A stretch of 64,000 bases of DNA from a bacterium (GTDB lineage: Bacteria > Verrucomicrobiota > Verrucomicrobiia > Limisphaerales > UBA11358). Positions 54,873-64,000 of this stretch are shown here, one piece after another. Each line of letters opens with the position of its first letter. Within the stretch, counting starts at the first letter, position 1. The notes beneath the pieces were generated by a model. That model saw only the letters and a program-made list of their open reading frames with translations. It ran no database searches and had not been told where the DNA came from. The translations under genes were made by a program, and so were the position numbers. The DNA is taken from NCBI GenBank assembly GCA_021813325.1, contig JAKALA010000016.1, positions 82-64,081 on the forward strand. The letters run 5' to 3'.

Positions 54873-56303
54873 TCAGACCTTGGGCTGCGGCTTCTCGCCA
54901 TCCACTTCGGCGCGGAAGCGGGGCAGACTGTGCGGATGATGCTGCTGGATATAGGCGATGAGTTTTTCGCGGACGTCGCAGCGCAAATCCCAGGATTTGG
55001 AGGAATCCGCGGAAGTGGCGAGCACGCGGATCTGCATGGTTTTTTCCGTGGCGTCGGTCACCTGCAAATTCCAGAAACGTTTGTCCCACAGCGGATGCGG
55101 TTCGATGATTTCTTTCAGCGCCTTGCGGATTTCCTCCAGCGGCAGGGTGTAATCCACCCATACGAACACGGAGCCAAGCAGATCAGCGGAGGTGCGGGTC
55201 CAGTTTTGGAACGGCTTTTCGATGAAGTAACCGAGCGGAACGATCAGGCGGCGCTCGTCCCAGATGCGGATGACCACATAGGTAAGGGTGATTTCCTCCA
55301 CGCGGCCCCATTCGCCTTCGACAATGACCACGTCGTCCAGCCGGATGGGCTGCGTCATGGCCAGTTGAAAACCGGCGAACAGGTTGGCAATGGTTTTTTG
55401 CGCGGCAAAGCCAATGATGATGCCCACCACGCCGGCGGAGGCGAGAATGCTGGTGCCGAACTGGCGGACTTCTTGAAACAGCATCAGCACCGAGGCAATG
55501 GTGAAAATGCCGATGATGGCGTAAAGCAGTTTGCTGATGACATGAACCTGCGTGTAAATCTTGCGGGCGTGCAGGTTGTCGGCGGCACTGATGTCGAACT
55601 GGGTCAGCACGGCCTTCTCGCCAAGATGCACCGACTCGAACAGGATGATGGCCACCGCGACGATGAGCATGATGCTGGTGCCTTTGCCCACGACTCCGGC
55701 AAATTCCGCCGGCAGCCCCAGCAGGGGCAGGGCAAAGATAATGCCCACCACGGGCACGATGACCCGCAGGCTCTTGCCGACCAACGGCACAAACAAGTCG
55801 TCCAATTTGCTTTCAGATTTGGCCGCCCAGATCGCGAGCCGCGCCTCCAGCACGTGGGTGAACCGGAAGAACAGCCAAAACAGAATGGCAAAAACGCCCA
55901 GGTCAAACACTTTGCTGAACAATTCGGTGATGAAGCGCAATCCCGCGTTGGGATTCATCTTCACGAGAAACGGTGTGGCGGCGAAGTAGATGCCGTATAT
56001 CCAGATCAAAACGTAGAGGGGGCGTCCCAACGCATGGAAAACATGGTGCTGCACACCTTTGTCCGGCGTGGCGGCAGCCTGCCGCATGCGGCGGCGCACG
56101 ATGGAGAGGGCCAGCCCGTTCACCAGCAGCATGAGCAGCACAAACCCGGTCATCACGGCCAAATCGGCCCAGGTGACCGGGCCGAAGACGGCTTTGCCGG
56201 CGCCTTCGCCAAACATCGCCTTGAGGCCGTGATTCATCGCGTTGGCCAGAGCAGCCGAGAAGCTGTCCAGAAAGTCTTTGCCGGTCAGATGGGTGTTCGT
56301 CAT
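54873..56303 (-). CDS. Mechanosensitive ion channel family protein (MscS-like)
   Basis: Several TM helices, then the MscS beta-domain PIRLDDVVIVEGEWGRVEEITLTYVVIRIWDERRLIVP. Confidence 0.85.
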   Translation of the reverse strand: MTNTHLTGKDFLDSFSAALANAMNHGLKAMFGEGAGKAVFGPVTWADLAVMTGFVLLMLLVNGLALSIVRRRMRQAAATPDKGVQHHVFHALGRPLYVLIWIYGIYFAATPFLVKMNPNAGLRFITELFSKVFDLGVFAILFWLFFRFTHVLEARLAIWAAKSESKLDDLFVPLVGKSLRVIVPVVGIIFALPLLGLPAEFAGVVGKGTSIMLIVAVAIILFESVHLGEKAVLTQFDISAADNLHARKIYTQVHVISKLLYAIIGIFTIASVLMLFQEVRQFGTSILASAGVVGIIIGFAAQKTIANLFAGFQLAMTQPIRLDDVVIVEGEWGRVEEITLTYVVIRIWDERRLIVPLGYFIEKPFQNWTRTSADLLGSVFVWVDYTLPLEEIRKALKEIIEPHPLWDKRFWNLQVTDATEKTMQIRVLATSADSSKSWDLRCDVREKLIAYIQQHHPHSLPRFRAEVDGEKPQPKV

Positions 56304-56318
56304 TGCTGTCGTCGTCGC

Positions 56319-59708
<3,390 letters not shown>

Positions 59709-59720
59709 AGCGCGTTTGGT

Positions 59721-61949
59721 TTATTGGAAACTCGGCTTGGCGGCGGAGCCGCCGGCCAATTCGTGCAACATGCGCCGCACGGTGGCCGGGCCGCTCAGGT
59801 AATAACGGGCGGAGGTGTTGGCCAAACCCACGCGCACGGAATACGCCGACAGCGGCAAGGCGCGAAACAAGTCTTCATCCGTCCAGTCGTCGCCAATGCC
59901 GAGAATGAATTCCGGCGACTGCCCCGACAGCCATTCTTTCCCGGCGGAACCTTTGTTGACGCCGGAGTTGCGCAGTTCGACAACCTTGTCGCCCTCGAAC
60001 ACCTGCACGTCAATGTTGCGCGTGTAACCCGTCAGATCGTCAATCAATTCCTTGGCGCATTCCGACGCTTGTTCCGGGTCGGCGCGCCGGTAATGCCACG
60101 CCAGTGAAAAATCCTTTTCCTCCATCAGCGCGCCGGGCAGGCGGTCCACATAAAGTTGAAGCAGCGGGCGCACGCGGTCTTTCCAATCGGCCGTCATGTT
60201 TTTAATCATGCGCCAGTCGGCGCCTTTGTCGCGCAACCACACACCGTGTTCCGCAATCAAGGAAATGGGCAGCTGGCCGAACCATTCCTCCAGCGTGCGG
60301 CGCGGCCGACCGCTGATGATGGTCACCTCGTTCGCCGGATCGGAGCCGAGCGCGGTGAGCGTCCCGACCAGGTCCGCGTCCGGTTGCGCGAGTTTCGGTT
60401 CCGCGGCAAAGGGCACCAGCGTGCCGTCGTAATCGAGCAGCAACGCCCGGCGGGGGGCGGCGCGGTATTGTTGAACCATGCCCGAATACGCCTTGCCGGT
60501 AAGCAACCGTGCGCGGCGGGCGTCCTCGGTCTTTTGCGTGGAAATCAAAGTTTGCACGAAATCATCCGCCCAGCGGACGACGTTGTAACGCCGCAACCGT
60601 TCCTGCATAAGCTGGTTGCGGCGGATTTGTTCCTCGACGGGCATGACCAGCGCCTGCTCCAACGCCTTGGCGAAATCCTCGCGGTGAAATGGATTGATGA
60701 TCATCGCCTCGCCCATTTCCTTGGCCGCGCCGGCCATTTCGCTCAAAACCAGCACGCCGGTCTGGTCGGGCCGCGAGGCCATGAATTCCTTCGCCACCAG
60801 ATTCATGCCGTCGCGCAACGGCGTGATGAGCGCCACATCGCACAGGCGGTAAAGCGGCACGATTTCGTCGAACGTCAGATTGCGGAATTGATAGACCAGC
60901 GGCGTCCAATGGACGTTGCCGTAATCGCCGACGATACGTCCGACGGTCTGCTCCAGTTCCTGCTTCATCGCCTGGTAACTGTCCACGCCAATGCGCGACG
61001 GCGCGACGGAAATGATGAACACGACCTTGCCGTGCCACTGCGGATTGTTCTTGAGAAACAATTCGTAGCCGCGCAGCCGGTTGATGAGGCCCTTCGTGTA
61101 ATCCAGCCGGTCCACGGAAAAAACCACCTTTTGCCCGACGCACTTTTCGCGCAGTTCCTCGACGCGCAGTTCGGTTTCCCGCGTGGTGGCGGCGGCGGCG
61201 AACCGGTCAAACTCCACGCCCATTGGCAGCGTTTCCACCTGCACCACGCGGTCGCGCAACGTGAGATTGCCGAGCTGATGTTCGTAGCCGGCCGTGCGCA
61301 GCACCGAGGTCAGAAAATCCCGGGCATAATCGTGCGTGTGAAAACCAATCAGGCTGGAACCGAGCAGCCCTTCGATGATCTCCTCGCGCCAGGAACGCGG
61401 CAGCATCCGGAAAATTTCCCAGGACGGAAACGGAATGTGCAGAAAAAAGCCGATGGGCATGTCCGGAAATTTCGCGCGCGCCAGCTTGGGCAGCAGCAGC
61501 AGGTGGTAATCGTGAATCCAGAGCACGTCGTCCGGACGCAGCGCGCTGACGACCGCCTCCGCAAACACGCGGTTGACGTTGCGATATTCCTGCCAGTTTT
61601 CCTCCTCGTAATGCGTCAGCATCGGGAAATAGTGGAACAACGGCCAGATGGTCTTGTTGCAAAAACCGAGATAAAACCGGTCCATGCTTTTCTCGGGCAG
61701 ATAAACCGGACGCGATTTAAACTTTTCCTCGCTGAACGCGCTCACTGCCGCTTCGTGTTCGGGCGGAATGCTGGTTCCCGGCCAGCCCATCCACAAATGG
61801 TCCGGCCGCTCCGTTCCGGACGGAAGCGGACGGTCCAGATAACTCCACAAGCCCGTGGTTAAACCGCCAGCACTGGGTTTGAACTGCGGCGAACCTTCCC
61901 GAAACGAAACCGTGAATGGCAGCCGGTTTGAAACGATAACTAACCTCAT
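59721..61949 (-). CDS. otsA: Bifunctional trehalose-6-phosphate synthase (GT20) / trehalose-6-phosphate phosphatase
   Basis: [24 protein letters not shown], then the HAD part [12 protein letters not shown] ... [12 protein letters not shown]. Confidence 0.9.
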   Translation of the reverse strand: MRLVIVSNRLPFTVSFREGSPQFKPSAGGLTTGLWSYLDRPLPSGTERPDHLWMGWPGTSIPPEHEAAVSAFSEEKFKSRPVYLPEKSMDRFYLGFCNKTIWPLFHYFPMLTHYEEENWQEYRNVNRVFAEAVVSALRPDDVLWIHDYHLLLLPKLARAKFPDMPIGFFLHIPFPSWEIFRMLPRSWREEIIEGLLGSSLIGFHTHDYARDFLTSVLRTAGYEHQLGNLTLRDRVVQVETLPMGVEFDRFAAAATTRETELRVEELREKCVGQKVVFSVDRLDYTKGLINRLRGYELFLKNNPQWHGKVVFIISVAPSRIGVDSYQAMKQELEQTVGRIVGDYGNVHWTPLVYQFRNLTFDEIVPLYRLCDVALITPLRDGMNLVAKEFMASRPDQTGVLVLSEMAGAAKEMGEAMIINPFHREDFAKALEQALVMPVEEQIRRNQLMQERLRRYNVVRWADDFVQTLISTQKTEDARRARLLTGKAYSGMVQQYRAAPRRALLLDYDGTLVPFAAEPKLAQPDADLVGTLTALGSDPANEVTIISGRPRRTLEEWFGQLPISLIAEHGVWLRDKGADWRMIKNMTADWKDRVRPLLQLYVDRLPGALMEEKDFSLAWHYRRADPEQASECAKELIDDLTGYTRNIDVQVFEGDKVVELRNSGVNKGSAGKEWLSGQSPEFILGIGDDWTDEDLFRALPLSAYSVRVGLANTSARYYLSGPATVRRMLHELAGGSAAKPSFQ

Positions 61950-62110
61950 AATTTCATCATGTGATGCTGATACTCATTTTTCAAGCCGCTGGTTCAAAAA
62001 ATTTCCCCGCCACCGGTTTGCGGCGTTCAAGCGCAATCAAACCAACCCAAGCCACCGCGCCAACCGCACGTTTGATTTACTTTCGTGGTTTCCGCTGCTA
62101 ATACTGTCCC

Positions 62111-62926
62111 GTGCTCAATGCCGCCGCCATTTGGAAAAATCTGAATACGCCGAACCGCCTGTTTCTCATCGCCGGACCGTGCGTGATCGAAAACGAAAAG
62201 CTCTGCCGCCAGGTGGCCGCTTCGCTGGTCAAGACCTGCCGCCAACTCGGCATTTTTTACGTCTTCAAGGCGAGCTTCGACAAGGCGAACCGCACCTCCG
62301 GCAAGGCGTTTCGCGGGCCGGGGATCGACGACGGTTTGCGCATCCTGGCCGGCATCCGCGAAGAATTTGACGTGCCGGTGCTGACCGACGTGCATACGGA
62401 AACGCAGGCTGGCGCCGCCGGCGAAGTGGTGGACATCTTGCAAATCCCGGCGTTTCTCTGCCGGCAGACGGATTTGATCGACGCGGCCGTGGCCACAGGC
62501 AAAATTGTGAACCTTAAAAAAGGACAATTCCTTTCGCCAGCGGAAATGGGGCGCGTCGCCGAAAAGGCGCGAATGGCGGGCGGCCAACGAATTTTGCTGA
62601 CCGAACGCGGCACGACCTTTGGTTACAACAACCTGGTGGCGGACATGCGCTCGATTCCGATCATGAAAGCGTTTGGCTTCCCGGTCGTGTTCGACGCCAC
62701 GCACTCGGTGCAGTTGCCCGGCGGCGGCGGCGACAAGTCCGCCGGCCAGCGCGAATTTGCGCCCGTGCTCGCCAAAGCGGCGCTCGCGGTGGGGGCGAGC
62801 GGCCTGTTTATTGAAACGCATCCCAAGCCCGATGAAGCGTTGAGCGACGGGCCGAACATGATTCCGCTGGGTGAAATGGCGGCCACGTTGAAGCGCTTGT
62901 TAAAAGTTTACAAAGCCGTTCATTAA
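62111..62926 (+). CDS. kdsA: 3-deoxy-8-phosphooctulonate (KDO8P) synthase
   Basis: [29 protein letters not shown] and DATHSVQ. GTG start. Confidence 0.9.
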   Translation: MLNAAAIWKNLNTPNRLFLIAGPCVIENEKLCRQVAASLVKTCRQLGIFYVFKASFDKANRTSGKAFRGPGIDDGLRILAGIREEFDVPVLTDVHTETQAGAAGEVVDILQIPAFLCRQTDLIDAAVATGKIVNLKKGQFLSPAEMGRVAEKARMAGGQRILLTERGTTFGYNNLVADMRSIPIMKAFGFPVVFDATHSVQLPGGGGDKSAGQREFAPVLAKAALAVGASGLFIETHPKPDEALSDGPNMIPLGEMAATLKRLLKVYKAVH

Positions 62927-62927
62927 A

Positions 62928-63470
62928 ATGGCAAAAGCAACCTCATCTTCGCTAAAAGCTCGGCTGAATCGCATCAAACTGTTTTTGTGCGATGTGGACG
63001 GCGTATTGACGGATGGTTCGATTTTCATTGGCGGCGAACGCGAGTTCAAACGATTCAACATTCGCGACGGGCTCGGGCTGGTTCTGGCGCGGCGGGCGGG
63101 TTTGAAAGTTGGCTGGGTTTCCGCCCGTCCATCGCTGGCCACCAAACTGCGTGCCGAAGAGCTTAAGATCGATTTTCTGGTTCAACAGGGTGACAAGACC
63201 AGCAAAACCGCGGCGATTGAGCAGTTGCTGGCGCAGGAAAAATTGAACTGGAGGGAGACATGTTTTGTCGGAGATGATGTGATTGATCTGGGGCCGCTGA
63301 CGCGCGCCGGCCTGGCCGTGGCCGTGGGCGATGCGGTGCCGGAAGTAAAGCGGGCGGCGCATTACGTGGCCAAAGCCGTGGGCGGCCGGGGCGCGGTGCG
63401 GGAAACCATTGAATTAATTTTGCGGGCAAAAGGTGAATGGCAGCCATTTGTGGAAAAATATTCCGAATGA
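62928..63470 (+). CDS. kdsC: KDO 8-phosphate phosphatase (HAD-IIIA YrbI family)
   Basis: FLCDVDGVLTDG, FNIRDGLG, GDDVIDL and GGRGAVRE. Confidence 0.85.
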   Translation: MAKATSSSLKARLNRIKLFLCDVDGVLTDGSIFIGGEREFKRFNIRDGLGLVLARRAGLKVGWVSARPSLATKLRAEELKIDFLVQQGDKTSKTAAIEQLLAQEKLNWRETCFVGDDVIDLGPLTRAGLAVAVGDAVPEVKRAAHYVAKAVGGRGAVRETIELILRAKGEWQPFVEKYSE

Positions 63471-63928
63471 AACCGGGCGCGGCAACGATCCGTTTGATGC
63501 TGGGAACGGCCGCCGTTCTTCTGGCGGCGGGATTGAATTACGCCCAGCAAATCCCGGCGGCCCGGGCCAAAAATTTCACTTCGCACACGTATTACGAACC
63601 GCCGAATGAGCGTCAAATGAAGCTCAAACTCTCGGGGGCAGAAGCGTCGCCGCTGCCCGGCGGCTTGCAGGACATCCGGGAACTGACCATTGAAACCTAT
63701 GACGTTTCGGGGAAGACTGAAGCGATCGTGAAAGCACCGCAATGCACGTATTCCCTGTTTGATGGCGTGGCCAGTTCACCGGGACATATTGAGTTGAAGA
63801 GCGGCGATGGCCGGTTCTTCACCGAAGGCGACGGTTTTTTGTGGCGGCAGGCCGATTCGCTGCTCATCATTTCCAACCACGTTCACACCGTCATCAAAGG
63901 CGGGACGTTTAAATTTAGCGCACCATGA
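63467..63928 (+). CDS. LptC-like periplasmic LPS-export protein (positional call)
   Basis: ATGA overlap with kdsC. N-terminal anchor LMLGTAAVLLAAGL. Beta-rich sequence of about 150 aa in the kdsC-lptC-lptA position. Confidence 0.4.
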   Translation: MKPGAATIRLMLGTAAVLLAAGLNYAQQIPAARAKNFTSHTYYEPPNERQMKLKLSGAEASPLPGGLQDIRELTIETYDVSGKTEAIVKAPQCTYSLFDGVASSPGHIELKSGDGRFFTEGDGFLWRQADSLLIISNHVHTVIKGGTFKFSAP

Positions 63929-64000
63929 AAATTGTATTTGCCCTGTTGCTGGCCGGCAGTTGCAGCCTCTTGTGGGCGCAAACCAACGCGCCGGTTGAAC
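63925..64000 (+). CDS. Partial 5' end of a secreted protein (LptA/OstA-like by position)
   Basis: ATGA overlap with the previous gene. MKIVFALLLAGSCSLLWAQTNAPV is a signal peptide. Truncated by the window end. Confidence 0.35.
   Translation, partial: MKIVFALLLAGSCSLLWAQTNAPVE

Overview
GC-rich (about 55-60% by eye) bacterial chromosomal window, gene-dense, with about 60 protein genes and one tRNA. No rRNA, CRISPR array or prophage was seen. Gene content points to the PVC superphylum, probably Verrucomicrobiota (inference only): a prepilin-type DUF1559-like protein, a PSCyt1-type cytochrome c domain protein, a large ConA/LamG-like secreted protein with an RFY-type C-terminal tail, a bacterial RRM protein and many Pro/Ala-rich linkers.

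Layout:
- 0.2-4 kb: secreted lectin-like protein and pseudopilin.
- 4.6-9.7 kb: ECF sigma / anti-sigma / RDD operon and a PhoR/PhoB-like two-component pair.
- 9.9-21 kb: housekeeping genes (nnr, TPR lipoprotein, cvpA-like, dnaG, cbiX, oxidoreductase, TauE, SIMPL).
- 20.9-24.7 kb: frameshifted ThuA-like gene and a GH2 glycosidase.
- 24.9-29.9 kb: heptose/LPS sugar-nucleotide cluster.
- 29.9-37.2 kb: accessory patch. It holds a degenerate IS630-family element nested in a long palindrome, an orphan ABC-2 permease, a PRiA4_ORF3 protein, an unknown Cys/His-rich ORF and a single-chain nuclease-N6-adenine methyltransferase. A relic 3' fragment of an older gene of the same type is also present.
- 37.4-41.8 kb: opgG, an unknown ORF, and opgH.
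- 41.8-49.4 kb: housekeeping genes (aminotransferase, trxA, RRM protein, accBC, aroQ, O-antigen-ligase-like, tRNA-Leu, holB).
- 49.5-54.7 kb: six-gene operon of secreted proteins and lipoproteins of unknown collective function.
- 54.9-61.9 kb: otsAB, treS/maltokinase and mscS in an osmoadaptation operon.
- 62.1-64 kb: kdsA, kdsC, lptC-like, lptA-like.

The two best candidates for an undescribed system are the nuclease-methyltransferase / orphan ORF / PRiA4_ORF3 module (32.3-37.2 kb) and the six-gene envelope lipoprotein operon (49.5-54.7 kb).

All family assignments come from motif recognition by eye. No database search was run. The ORF track translates non-ATG starts as M, so several starts were re-placed by reading the DNA.
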